DNA of 64,000 nucleotides from Marsupella aquatica (Eukaryota; Plantae; Marchantiophyta). A program made the translations under genes and the position numbers. The stretch's first letter is position 1. Every line of letters begins with the position of its first letter. Below are positions 25,901 through 42,640 of this stretch, in pieces. Location: contig OZ316896.1 in NCBI GenBank assembly GCA_973895155.1, positions 12,442,549 through 12,506,548 on the forward strand, read 5' to 3'. Below the pieces are notes generated by a model. It was given only the letters and a program-made list of their open reading frames with translations. It was not told the DNA's origin and did no database searches.

Positions 25901-28739
25901 GAAATCAGAGTACATTCAACAAGACTCACTGACAAAATGCTGATCTGTTTGTCATTTTTTTAAGAGTGGGGGGTTGATTGCTGGTCCTTGGGTTGCAGAG
26001 TACTCAAGTTAACATTGTTAGGGGTCCTAATCGCAGACTGAATTCTAAATGTTAGTTAAAGTACATCCAAAAAGTATGGGAACCAGATAGACAGACAAGT
26101 GTTGTCAAGTGCTTCGAGCCTCTCTCCGACGGAAGGTTCAGGTGCTTGATCTATCCAAGCATCCTTTTGTTGAGTTTACACATCCAAACAAAAATAAATA
26201 AATTAAAAATTGCTGAATCCGTGTCAAGACCTTGACTTAACTCCTGGGGTCACTCTATGCAGGGCCATACATCATGTGTGACAGTTTGAGGTGTTTATTA
26301 TGACCCCCTTTATCACTTTAAATAAAGTTGTACAATGCCAATCACATGATGACACATCAAAATTTCAAATACAAACCCATGTATTTTCACCATTACAATC
26401 TTAATAAGTTTTTGTCAAATTAATTAAAATGACCTTATACTTTGTCTCACGTTATATGACTGTGGAAGTGACCCCAACAAGGTCCTCAAATATTGCTTAA
26501 AATCCTTCATGTCTCCAACTACTTAGCACAGCTAAGCATTTTTGAAATCAGTATCTTTTTATCCTATAACCCTTTGAAAGAACAAACATCTCCACCAGTA
26601 TTTGGTCAAATGTTGGCGAGCAGACCATGGAATCAAATTTTGTTTGTAACTCACGCCTTAGCAAGCACAAGAAGCAATATCTATGTGGACCTTAAAGATA
26701 ACTTTTCAGCGAGAAAGTGGAACAAATTGATGAGTTATTTTCTTGGTGGACCACAAGCCAAACTTTTCACCCCAACCACCCTTGTGGTTTTGGGTACATT
26801 GATTTCAGAATTATCAACGTCTATCAATGGTCTGGATCACTCAGGGGTGCCATCAATTAACACTTTCATTTTGGGCATCCATCAAGCAAAGACCTCTGCA
26901 ACAAACCTTAAGATTTTCTTCCATTAGATCTCAGTCTAGTACATGTGTGAAAGTAATGCTGTCAACGCATTCCTGTTGGTTTGATTTGTCAACTTGACCA
27001 TTCCAAGCATAGCCCACAAACATCAAGATTATGAAACAGGTTGCAATCAAGAAGTGAGGCATAGCCAAACTGGAATCATGAAGTTTACATAATCAAGAAT
27101 GGTTTGTTGATTGTCACATTCAATTCTGTTGTCATTAATTTTCATTTGTATGCCTTCCATCCAAGTTGATTGCAGGGCAAACTCTATTATCTGTTATATC
27201 AATTTTTGGTGTCTATAACACCAGCATATACCCAAGTGTACACACCTTCTTACAATAATTTGGCTCTCATATCCATCTATTGTTCTTATCCAAATGGTTA
27301 ACCTACCAGTTAATTTTGGGCTTTGTACATATGGAGAATTCAATAACATAACTACACTCTGGTTATGGCAAATAAAACTATGGCACACTTTAATCTTTTT
27401 CCACTTTCCTCAGCATTAAATCGTGGGGCTCATGTTGCAGTGAACTAGGCAAAGTGAATATAGCCAATGAAGGTCAAATCTATCTAACCAGGTAACCATA
27501 GACCATAAGGTTGCTCCAACTTGAACCAACCAGGGGAACAACCTTTCCCCAGTGATAGTAGAAAGCTTAGATTAGGATTATTATATACAGATAATCTGCA
27601 TTTGATACAATTTTTATTTTTATTTTTAAAAGATAACATAACTACACTCTGGTGTGGACCTTCTGCTGTAACATGCTTTTGTGCCCTGTAGTAAATCTTT
27701 GAGGAATCGTGTGAGGGTGCCTTCGGTTGCATGGTTTCAGATCAACTGCCAACTTTCTAACACTTTTGAAGTGACATCATTCATAGGGATATGAAGTGTA
27801 AATCCAACGCTAAAACAACAAATTTATGTTCATTTCGGGCTTTGCTTTATTTTCATGAATCCGGTAACGAAATATGCAAGAAAATCTTGCCTGGATATTA
27901 CTGGGCGAGATCTTCCGGCCATCTTGGTAGCTAGTCAGCTTTGTTTTTACTTCAAGAATCTCTTACAGTTACTACAGAAAAATGTGAGACCCATACTGAG
28001 GTTCCACTACTTTCACCCAAGATCCACCCTCTGGCATATGCAGCTACCAAGTATTTATGACACTTTGATCCATGAGCTGGTTCATGGGACTGCCTCCTAT
28101 GGTGGAAGAACTTAGGGCTGGTAATTTGAGATGCCCTTAATTACATCTACAGGGCTGGTGCTGCCGAGGCATGGCACACGGTTATGGGCTATGACATCCC
28201 ATTAATAATTGAACATAAGCCATTATCCATTTCCAATACTTGCCTGCACCAGATTCTAGGACCTGAAACAATAGTATAATTGGTGCTACACTGTCCAGGG
28301 CATAGTGGATTGAAAGGAATTGCATGTACTTTGGCATTGCTGGCTTTTATATGGCCAGTGGCGATTCATTGTGATTCAAAGATAACCTTAGTACTGGCCG
28401 AAATACTTATGGGAATGCAAAGGAACTGCCTATGCATACAGACTCCAATATCCAGCACTATTCACAAGAAGTCTAAAGATGATAGCCTACACAGTAAACT
28501 TTTTTTTGCCTTGAAAACCGAAAGCAGGCCCATCCAACAGAGAATAGACGTCTTGCTTTGGAGCATGCATTTCTATGTAGGGCAACCACAAGGGGACAAT
28601 ACCCAGGGATCCGACAGGGACCCAAACCAGGAGGTAGAGAGGATTAAACCAGAAAACCAAGACTGAGGAGATAATCAATACTCACACCATTACACCATTA
28701 CACCCAACTCACACACACACATACCCTCCACACCCCTTA

Positions 28740-28810
28740 TGTGTGGAGGGAAGATTGAACCTGAGATCTCTTGGTTCTAGGCTCATCCTCTGTCCAACTG
28801 ACCAAAACCA
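28740..28810 (-). mobile_element. Possible tRNA-derived SINE head
   Basis: Minus strand reads TGGTCAGTTGG (A-box-like) ... GGTTCAATCT (B-box-like) at tRNA-like spacing, followed by a (GT)n tract. No clean cloverleaf. Confidence 0.3.
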
Positions 28811-29302
28811 GTTATTCTTACACAGCAAACTTCGAGGGCACATAGAATCAAACATAGATTCCAACTACAATAGTTGCTCACCACTGACTACAAGACATTT
28901 CAACTAATTCCTCCTCCGCAACAGTGAAAACACGACCAGTAACGCAGGCATATGAAACTGGAAACTATAAATCATCATTAAACTTTGCCTACTTGACAAG
29001 ATGAGCTCTATCGCCCTGACTAACATCGACGGCTCTGGTACTCTGACCATTCTACAAGGCGAACTACTACCGTCGATACCTGACAACGCTAGTTATTACA
29101 GTGCGACAATACGAATACCTGCACGAAATCCCAGTCGAATATGACACGTCAAGTGCACCTTCCACGACATCCGATCAAATCGGATCGATATCGCTCATCG
29201 AGCCGGTCCCACCCCTAATCTTCGCCCCCTAGGCCTGCCCCCACCCCTCCCTGATGACCCCCTGGCCTGGGAACCATCTGAAAAGGTTCTATTTGTCTTT
29301 TT

Positions 29303-31408
29303 CAGTGGCCCCCTCCCAAACTGAGAATCATTTAAGATTGGAGGACTCCAAATATCTCGAGGATCTGCAATTCTGCATGCGGAACTTGCCGGCCACGATT
29401 TTGATCTGTTACTTTACCCTCTCGGAGTTACCGCCGACTTCTCCGAGACTTTTACCGTACCAGGCGGAGATCCCGCCACAACATTGCTGCCGGACCATAC
29501 AGTAACTTTCTTGGGGAAAGTCGGGGGAAAGGTGAAATTACGACGGTACAGGGCACTTTTCGTTCGCCGTTAACTTGGCTACCAAGTTTAGCGGTTTGGC
29601 CACGATGCCTAGACAGTATTTCCAGTGTAGCTCGATATGGACCTTTGTTGTCCTTTCGAAGTTTGGAGGTCTTAATTTGCCCTGCCTGCAATTACACATC
29701 AATGTGATACTATATGGTATGCAATCATTAATTTAAAGAGAAGAACGAGGTTATACTCATGATATGAAAGGATATTGTACATGGGATATGTCATATTTTG
29801 ACCTTAATTTGCCTCATTTTATAATGGGGCCTTTAAAAGAATTTGGCTTCCAAGTTCACCGGTTGGCCACGATGCCCATAGTTTCCAGCGTACCTCCATT
29901 GGACCGCTGTTGTCCTTTTGAATTGTGGTGGTTTTAATTTGCCCCATTTGAGTTGGTCTTTACGAGAACTTGGCTTCAAAGTTTTGCAGTTGGCCACGAT
30001 GCCTATAAAGTATCTCCAGTGTGCCTTGATATGGACCTTTGTTGTCCCTTTGAATTTTGGAGGTTTTTATTTGTCCCGTTTTCCGGGGGCAAGTTCAGCG
30101 GTTGGGCCATGACGTCCATAGAGGTTTTCCAGGTGTACCCCTATAGGGACCTTTGTTGTCCTGTGAGTTTAGGTGGCTTAATTTGTCTCATTTGAATGAG
30201 TTTAATGAACCTGGTGCAGAGTTTGTATGAGGGTTTGGTGCTCCTTTGTCCCCTCAAAAGTTCAGTACTCTAGTTTCCACACTAGAGCATCTCCACTGGT
30301 TGGGTGGCAGATGCTCCCCCAAAAATAAAACTAATTGTGTGTTTATGGGCATTAGGATGATTGACAGTCCACAGCCCCACCAAAAATCCCCCAAACTGAC
30401 CCCATTTCTCAAATAGTCTGTTTGTACTTTAAAATGTACTACCCAAATGGATCTGAATGTGTTTTCTCTGTCTACTGAGAATGGAAATCTCAAAGGTGGT
30501 CTGGTTTGGTGACCGTATTTCTTGCTGAAACTGGTAATTGTCAGTTTGGATTTGGAAGCTCACCTCCAAATATTTAGATATCTGGGTTACTTGGGAAATT
30601 TTGATATCCAGTTCATTTGGCTGCTTAGTGGCAAAAAGGAGCATCAGTGGAGATGCTTCACGGGCATCCCAAACTGGCCAAACTTCATCTATCACAGTAC
30701 TGTCCGATGTTGATCTCTCATGAGAAATGAGACTGATCCACTGATGGACTAATTTGGACAGCACTACAGTACACAGTACTAGTGTCAATACTGGAACCGG
30801 CCTTTTTTGCAATCTTACTTGAAAAATGAAGCCCATAAACCATGATTCTAGACCTTGACTTTGGGGACGTAAAAGAAATTGAGGGTGTGGGTGGAAAATG
30901 GAGATTTGGAGCAAGATAAGTCTTTGAAACAGACGCACCAGATTTAAATGTACTCACCTCTATTCATGAAACAGAATGATTTTTGCCAATACATTTGCGA
31001 TTTAGTGAGTGAAGTGCATATGTGGAGGTGCTCTAAACGGCACCTCAAACTGGCCAATGCCTACGTACCAGCCAAACTTGGTCTGTCATGCTACCGTCCG
31101 ATGTTGCAACCTTACTCGTGAGGAGGGATTGATCTGATCCGCTGATGGAACCACTTCGGACAGCACTACACTTCCGCAGCGGCAATCCACATACCAGCCT
31201 TTCTTTTGAGAATTTACGCAATAATCTCACCTAAAACCAATATTGGCACACGGAAAAAATGGGAACCCTGCCAGTATTTTCGCCAGAATCGTAGGTCGTT
31301 TAGGGGTCTACTCACCGAATCTGACGGACCCCCTTAAATTTAGGGAGATCTAACAGTTCAGAAATATCCCGTCAAATTCTTGTACCTCCGTTTGGGAGAA
31401 AAAAACTG
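29303..31408. mobile_element. Non-autonomous DNA transposon (hAT-like imperfect TIRs) with internal ~110-130-bp repeats
   Basis: Left end CAGTGGCCCCCTCCCAAACTGAG versus right end (reverse complement) CAGTTTTTTTCTCCCAAACGGAG. Four copies of a GGTTGGCCACGATGCC...GGACCTTTGTTGTCC unit lie at ~29580, 29850, 29980 and 30090. No TSD found. Confidence 0.4.
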
Positions 31409-33279
31409 ACCGGTACGGTACGACACTGTAACCACAATAATGCGAGTAGTACATCAAGTGACCATGGTAAACAGCGAAGGTGCCACTTGGGCGGCTACTA
31501 ATAAAAGGGACCCGCAAGGCTGCCATCCCATCCTGGCCGTTCGTCTTGACGTGTCCAGTCCTGGTGCGTCAGATGGAGGCCACTTCCGTCCCAATCCGGT
31601 GCAAGTTGGTTTCGTGACACGCGTGTGACGTAGGAGCCATCCACGATATTTCGTGTTATTCCTGACCATCCATCAGCATATCCACTTGGTGATTGGATCG
31701 CCTCTCAGTGGGACATGTTGAGGGTGGGACAGACTTTTAATTAATTAATTAAGGTGAACGCATGTAATTTACTGCGGCTCTCTATAAGTGCAAGGGATCA
31801 TGTTCTTCACTGTCGGTTTATGCTTAGTTTCCCCTTTTTTGCATGCACTTTTTAGTGAGGGCACAATCCCATCAGATTGCACTTACTGGTAAGTGCTATT
31901 CTTTTCACAAGGGTTGCTGACTGGCAGAGGGGCCACTCATTGATAAGTGCACTTACCAAGTAATGCAAACCCCAGTTAAGATCGGCCTTCCTAAGAGTGT
32001 GCACTTAGGGAGAGCCAACTGTACATGTAACTTGATGCAACTCGACATGAAAATTTATGTAAATTACATGTGCAACATCCTAATTAGATGTGAAGTTGTG
32101 GAAATTTGTCCAAATACCTGTCCATATGCTCACGAATTGTTTGGCATAGACTCCCCACCTCCTGATGCTCCATATGTAGTATTCATTTAATAACATATTT
32201 TCTTTAATAACGTATGTGAATCTACCTGAAACTTTGTGAATTACATGTACAACTATGCACGTGACATGTGAGTATATAAACTAGCTTGCATATGCACAGG
32301 GAAGGGCTGGCTGAAGAGTCTCCATTAAACACACCGCATTACATGTACAACTATCCAGCAAATCATGGTAAGATTACACGTCTGAGGAGTTGAAACAACT
32401 ATGCTACAATGTGGTGCACTCGCCACAACATCCATGTGTTGGTGTTAGACAAATAGCAATGGTGACTTGGTGACTGAAAAATTATAATATCACAAACCCA
32501 CTTGGTGACTGTAGCTGACGTTCAGTGTGGGAGATTGTTGAGTGCACAATTGCTCTGCTCAATTCTTCCAAGAACACAATGGCAGAGGGCATAGGACTTC
32601 TCTTGTGATTCTCGACACTCTAAAGGTTTGATGTCAAAAGTGACAAATTCGTCACTGGCAGCCTGGGCCAGGGTGGTTCGGGCTGCAACTTGAAGGTTTC
32701 AAACATAGGGTCATGACAACGTGAACGACTTCAGGGCGAGAGCAGTGGTCATCAGGACTGGGCTTCAGAGCGCTCCTTAAAGTGATTGGTACTTCCACAC
32801 CCTAAAGGAAAAATTGTTCCTGACCACCAACCCCTAGATTAGGCAGAAGGAATGCATTTGGTGTAGATATACTGCAGAGCTATATTTCCTAATTTAATTC
32901 GTTCCGTGACTTAGTGACATGGAGTCAATTGGAGAACTTTAAAGGTTGGGAGAAGATTTCAAAGATGAGACTGTGGTCATGCAACGTGGCCGCATACATC
33001 CATCCCCATTTGTCACAAATTTTAAGAAATTAAATTTGCAGATGACGTATTATAAACTTTTGCAGGGAGAAAAGATGACAAGACTTTCCAGCACCTCCGT
33101 CTAATTGTAGTATCAGTCTCTACCAGAATTTCTCACGGTGACATGAGAGTTTCGCTTGCCCCAGGTCACATCCTTGTCGTGCTCCTGCTCTACCTAGGGA
33201 GACATTTTGAGCAAGGGATTTGGACAATTAAAAACTTAAGAAAGGGTCATGTTGCCAAGATGCATGCCTAGGTTCTGGG

Positions 33280-33391
33280 TGGACACTAATCTTTATCGTT
33301 GTTTTGGCAATTCGTTCTCCGAACCATCTACATTGGACACTAATCTTTATCGTTGTTTTGGCAATTCGTTCTCCGAACCATCTACATTGGA
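33280..33391. repeat. Perfect 54-bp tandem duplication
   Basis: GGACACTAATCTTTATCGTTGTTTTGGCAATTCGTTCTCCGAACCATCTACATT occurs twice (33281-33334 and 33335-33388). Confidence 0.95.
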
Positions 33392-34416
33392 AGCATACTT
33401 TCAAGGAGTTTATACGTTTCAATTTGTCAAACGTGCTAAGTCAGAGGATTCAAACGCTGCAGTTGAAGGGAAGCAAGTAACAATAAAACATGAATGCAGG
33501 TACGACTTGTGCTGTGTTCAAAGTCTTGTTCCCAGAAAGAGTAATATTTAAAAGACGAGAGACGAATGGGTTGCGGCTAAAAGTAGAATGAGGACTTCTT
33601 TCGGCCGGAAGGAGGGAAGTTAACAGTTTGCACACCCTCATCTTAATACACCAAGCCATCTTATGTTCAAGTTCAGAAAGGGAATGTCCCACAAAAGGAA
33701 AGAAGTGAAACGACATGCAATGACCAGACCACAATGAAGGACATCCATTAAACCTGTATCTTCTACACGTTTCCATTCAGGGCATTAGGTCTGCGATGCA
33801 CCTTCCGATAAAAACAGCAATTCATTTCCACTGTTCTTCCAGTACATGCAACTGCTGCATCTGCAACGTTTTGCCTTGCAGTTGAATTAAACTAGCAACG
33901 CAGCACAGTCAATCTTCACCGCCAGTTCAAATAAAACAAGGGTATTTAAGAGATTGAGTGCTTGTCTAGTTGTGATCCTACCAAAATCTTACAGGTGCAG
34001 AAAATACAACTATACAAGTCTCTGAAGTGCTGCGCTACGGAGTATTTGATCTAGTCGATATGTACAGATTCAGAAACATCCCGACGATGATACCCGTGTC
34101 TTGCTAGTACCCATTCCGGGTCCGAGCATTTGTATATAACGGGGGCTATATGTCGGATGCAGTATGACTAATTGAGGAGAAGCCTCTTCTAACCTCATAT
34201 ATTCAGATAGTTACAAGTCTTTGGTCATTCTGGCTTTCCAGAAGTACTGATGTTGACGAGTCGGCTAAAGTATCAAGTACAGACGATATAGCTACTTGAG
34301 GCTATAACCGAAAGCTCCAGATCTATCTGAAAGTGATCAACCACGGTGAGAGTTGTGTTGACAAACCCTTTCAACAATTTCTGTGCATCGCCTCGCCCGC
34401 CCAAAGTTCTCGGGTT

Positions 34417-37315
<2,899 letters not shown>

Positions 37316-38092
37316 AGCTGCTCGTGGGGACGAGGACAACGAGAACTACCACAACGACGACGACGATGGTGCTCGCAGCAGAGAAGCGAAATCCTATTCC
37401 CTCCGTCACAAGAATGGATGTGGAAAACCTGGGGCTGAATTTGACAAGAAGATATTTGGTGCAAGAGGAGAGGGGAGACGGGAGGGAATCGTGTCGGGAC
37501 GATGGAGTGTAGGGTAGCGTGATCAGGAGAGGTGGCGGAAGAAAAGGTATACCGTCGGATCGATATATTCGCCCGTTTTTCCACACGTCACGGTTCTGGT
37601 CGCCTTTACGGTACGACTGCTTGGCCTTGAAACTTCTGTCTCGTCGGTTTTCTTCCTTCTCATAAATGTACAAAAACACCATCGAATGAGAAAAGTGAGA
37701 CGGGACAAAAGAACCAGGTCTTTTCGTTTAGGGCCAAGGTGGCGAATGTCACCTTGGATGTACGAGATTATGCCAAGAATATCCTGTATCTATTTTTTAA
37801 TTTATTTTCAAACAATGTCACCATGCCATTATTTTATTTTATTTTATTTTATTTTTATTATTTTTATTTTTTCATAGAAAAGCAGGGCGAACACCCAAAC
37901 AGCCAAACACCCGTCTGAGTCCTGTATCTACTTTTGCCAAAGGTAATTTATGGCCCTTCGATCTCCCCAGATTTTCCTAGATTTGAGTATGATTGGCAGA
38001 TTCTGGCTAATGGTGCTGGTTAATAGGGCGTGTCAAAGCAGGGGACCTCACTTACATCCAAAGATATAAAGTGCTTTTAGATATAGGATAAT

Positions 38093-40493
38093 TATAAATG
38101 CTAAATAGTATATACACACTTTTTATATACAAAGGGACCAATCAGAGTACAAATGAACAAACAAAAGAGGGCCCAGGTGAACAAAACCAATCGAAAAAGA
38201 AGTGAACAAAAGGGAACCACTAAACACCAAGAAAGAAGAACTAAAAGTAAGAAATGAGCAATAGGGAACCCCTAAAAACCAAGAAAGAGAGACTAAAACT
38301 AACCCAAGCGGACCGAGGTCCTCATCATTCCTAGCGAATGTGGCAAAAAGCTACTGGTCCACATCAAGGGTCAAAGCTAGATCGGCAAGTGGGATTGGAA
38401 CATCCTCTAGGGGAGCTAGCCGTTGCGGAGGCACAATAGCACCCACTATAAGAGATCGACGATAGATGGCCCGAGCTTGAGCACACTGCAAGGTGACTGA
38501 AATGCGTTGGCGAAAGTGCGTGGTCAAAATAGAAAGCGGGGGTCCGGTGGGACCCATGCGGCCATGAACATCCCGGGCAGCTTGCCGAAGAAGCCCATCA
38601 AACTAGGGATGAAGACGCCCAAATAGCTCCAGAGCAAGGGGGAGGAAGCTGTCGAATGAAGCTCGTGCAACATATTTGGCCTCCTTCGTTGTTGCCGCAC
38701 GTGACGCTGCTGCCCTTGCCGTAGTTGCCGCTGTCCCAATGATGTCTTGGCGCAATGGGTTTGCCACCACTACATCTGCCAATGTACGTTGACCCTCACG
38801 GACCATGGTAAGATCCACCCGTAACCGCTGTGATGGAGGACCAGGTAACTCGAGTACCACCTCCCGCCGCACGCATACCAAAGAGCCAGAGAGAACCTGA
38901 GCAGTCGCATCTCGCACAGCGTCGTGAACAATAATGGTTTCACCTCCCAAACTGCACCGAAGAAGATGGACACCTGTGGCATCACAAGGCTTCCCACAAG
39001 TGCAAGAAGGGGGTAAACCTGCAAGAAGTGGGTGGGGCAGCCCCATACGAAGACGCATGGCTGTGGAGAACTCCGTTGAAGACATCCGCAAATGAGGAAT
39101 GACTGGATTGGCCTGAAGCCATCCACCTGCGCCCTTCCCTCCGAAAGAAAGAATCCGAGCTTGGTCCGTGTCAGGTGCCTCGGAGAGGATGCTGGAAAGG
39201 GTGAAAGTGTGCATACGCCCATCGAGGTCTGCCTGAAGACGAACGGGATCCAAGGATAAAAACTCCTGAAAATAAGGTAACGCGGCGCGAACGGGATCTG
39301 GTAATGAGGACCACGCTGCGCGCAAATGAACCTGAAACGGGAGGGAACCCTCCTCTACCTCCATGAGAGATGAAAGTAAAAAAGGGCGATCCTCAATAAG
39401 AAAATGATCGGCCAACAATGAGAAGGCGGCCGCCCACGCACCCAAAAAGGCCAAAGGTGCAAGGCTCTCAATGGAAGTAAGCCCAAAACCACCATGCGAA
39501 ATAGGAAGACTGAGTTGTCGATGAAGCCACGGAGATGAGAGCAACGTACCCGGCCCCAAAAGAGAGGCCAGGGTCTGATGAATGGAGACATCAAATGCTC
39601 GAAGGTGGAGACAAAGATCCTCGGTAGGGGGATGCGTCCTAGCCAGATAAGACGCACGATGGTGGATGCACCTCAACAACATCCCAAATGTTGCCTGAGA
39701 ATCTGCTAACTTAGGGAGCATAGGAGTAGAGGCTAAGGCAGCCTGTAGAGAGTCAGCGATGAAAGAGGAGCAAAAGGAGGCGGTACCGACTGGGGAGCCA
39801 AGGACCCGAAGACCATCGGCTGGACGTAAGAACCCTGGGGGAAGTGCAAGATCAGAGGGTAACCCAGCTGGACTCCATGCACGACTCTTCACAGGCTGAA
39901 CTCGTAAACCGAGGCCCATCAAATGGGTGGAAAGAGTGGCGAGGGCAGAAGTAACCGCGGCAGGAGGACCAATGATGTGGGTGTCATCTGAAAGGGAGGG
40001 GAAGATACACTGGGGGTGGGCCATGGCGGCTTCTCGTAAAGCTGTAAAATGGGCAATGGCAAAAAGAGGCCCACCCAAAGGGTCACCCTGACGAGTACCT
40101 TCTGCAGAGGAAAGAGTGGTATACACACCTGTAGAGGAGTGATGACTATAGAAGAGTGGGGCCTCGAGTCCATAAAAACAACGGACAAAGGGGATCAGGG
40201 ACTAGATGTCTAGATCTGCCGCCCTCAAAGCACGAAAAATGGCTGCCCGAGAAACCGTATTAAAAGCGTTAGAGACATCAACTTGGAGGACAACCCAATC
40301 AGGGTGGAGGTCCAAGGTAGCTCAAATACCCGCAATAACTGTCTCACAACCGCCAGGAACGCCAACTGCAAACTGATGTGGAGAGAGATGATCCGATAGT
40401 GCAGAGCGAAACTGCGAGGAAAGTGTGCGAGACACAAGCCGAAGAAAAACCTCCCCAATAGCAATTGGCAGAACACCCGGTGAAGACTTAGCC
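38093..40493 (-). mobile_element. 5'-truncated CRE-like non-LTR retrotransposon (RT, CCHC, restriction-like endonuclease)
   Basis: 12-bp TSD ATATAGGATAAT at 38081-38092 and 40494-40505. Motifs in one frame: PIAIGEVFLRL, QFAVG, DVSNAFN, GTRQGDPLG, SLSDD, LRVLGSPVG, LPISHGGFGL, CTCG...HLLRC, HDAVRD, RVDL...LADVVV, KEAKY, FLPLALELFG. Confidence 0.9.
38351..40493 (-). pseudogene. RT-RLE ORF of the CRE-like element, broken by three in-frame stops
   Basis: A single frame runs from ~40493 to the stop at 38351. It contains TGA at ~40322 and TAG at ~40202 and 38603; no frameshifts were seen. Confidence 0.85.
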
Positions 40494-42640
40494 ATATAGG
40501 ATAATGGAGGTCTGGTTTGGGGTACCAGGAAATGAATAAAACTTGGCCTGACTCCGGGAGGCTAGAACCCCACACCAGACCTCCTTCCTAGTACATAATA
40601 TCTGCACAGAAAAAGGTTAGCTCAGGCAACAGATTATGGGAATAGCAGGTGACTTCCCAACTGGTTACATGCTGGTAACCTACATTTGGTACAGAATTTA
40701 AGGTCAAAACAAAAATGTCAAAGGCTACCTACTGTACATATGTGCCTCATAAGGATGGTACATCCAAAAAGCCCCATCCATAAGACCTTGCTTAGTGTAG
40801 TGCTCTAACATGCCCTAATGGAACACAAAAAGATGACCATTTTTTGCACAAAGTGGCCCAGACTTTCCAGTGAGGTGAAATTTGGCATTCTTGGCCAGTA
40901 AAAGAAAGTTGATGAGAACCATGAGACAATGAAAAGTGGACTACTATCGTGTCTTTTACCAAAAACATGGCACACACCTTGTATTCAAAAATCCAAAAAA
41001 ATGGACCTTTCTGTGAAAAGTGGTTTTGGTTCAAAACAACCCTCTTGTATTCAAAAATCTATTAGACAACCGAGGCAGTGTGTTCAAATGTGAACCCTAG
41101 GCGTATAGCAAAGTTTTGTTTACAGGGCAATGCTGGATAAAATGCCCCCCAAAAAGTAGTAAGTGGACCCTGCCATCTTGTCTTCCCTTAGTGATTCTTA
41201 AATTCAATCATAGAGACAGGTCACTGGAAATATCTTAAATGTTTGTATCAACGTTGTGGTTTCATGGAGCAACCTGGGAAATGAAGCCCATATAATTGGG
41301 CTCATTGTATATCTGGACCAGCGCTTAAGATATTGTTTGAGGTTGTTTGAACAAAACCCATTTTATTTTCATTTATTTTGTTTTATTTTGTTATTTTTTT
41401 AAATTTAAAGTGCAAATCTGTGAAACCCCACAGAAAGGGAAGAGTCAGTTACAACATTTGAACCCAAGACTTAAACCCTAAACCCTAAAATACACAGCCA
41501 TGCCTCTCTGGGCTCATAAAGTGGTTTATTGACTAGAGCCAAACCCATTGTAAGAGAGGCACTAATGGGGACTGAACTGGAGAGCAATTGCTATGAAGTC
41601 CTAGAGTAAAACTCTGGTCAAGATCATCCAGGCAAGCTTTCAAACAATGATCTCCTTATCCAAAATATAGCTTTTTGCTAGGTCATAGTAATAGTAGTTC
41701 TGAATGTGGTGGGAAAGATCATGGCACCCAAACAATCACATGTATCATACATGGCTTGGCAATATAATCATGGTCTGGTCCCGGGTCTGGTCTTTAGATT
41801 TCAACAGGGGTTTCAAGTGTCCACTTGGTTAATGAATGTTCAAAATGTTGGCAAATACAGTACCAAGCGCAAGTATTGGAAGGACAGTCAGTAAAAAAAA
41901 AAAAAGCCCCCAATTTCACTGGAAGCACCAGATTTGTGTTCAATTATGGAACCCCAAACCCATTTTTTGTGTTGGTTGTAACCCCAGGTGGTATCTTCAT
42001 CCAAACCTCTGAACTTGGGAGCAATCCTAAAATATTTTTGGTATCAAAGTCACAATTTATTGTTCTATAGCCAATCTAACCACTACAACATGCAATCCTG
42101 ACATGAGAAGATTGTCTGTTTACAAAATAAAAAGAGAAGTAAATGATTTTATGCCATCACATTCTCTAGACAGTCTGACTCTCAAAGGACCACTAAGACC
42201 CTTTGAAGCTTTTGAGAATTATGCAAAACTTTTGCCCTTGGATATGATCGATTAACAGACGCAATCAAGCGTTGGTGTGACGGGTACCCCGTCACGGGAA
42301 GTCACACATAACTGGTTGCAAAGGCCGATACCTTGTTAATAGTCAATGTAAATAAGCCATTTTTTAATTTTTAGTTAATTCCGTCATTATAGGTTGATGA
42401 TGCCCCAGGTGACTTTATATTCTTTCTCTCATAATAGTTCTAAGATTTGCGGCGACCTAAGTGGGCAAATATTTTGGGACCTTGAAACTAGCCAGGACCA
42501 GCCCCATAGGACTTACCGTTTTGCTTCAAGAGCTATTGTTGAGACCCCCATTGCAAAGTCAGGAGAGGGGGGGGTTTTTTTTTTTAAATAAATCCCTCCT
42601 CAGGAGGGCGAGTCCCATTAGTGGCCGTCCGAGAGAAAGA

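Noticed and set aside
23300-28680. Scattered 60-144-aa ORFs, possible LINE or transposase remnants
   Set aside because: No diagnostic motif could be recognised by eye.
32640-33260. Kinase-like fragments LGQGGSG and RISHGDMR on the plus strand
   Set aside because: No continuous frame, no VAVK/DFG/APE motifs and many stops; could be chance or an extremely decayed pseudogene.
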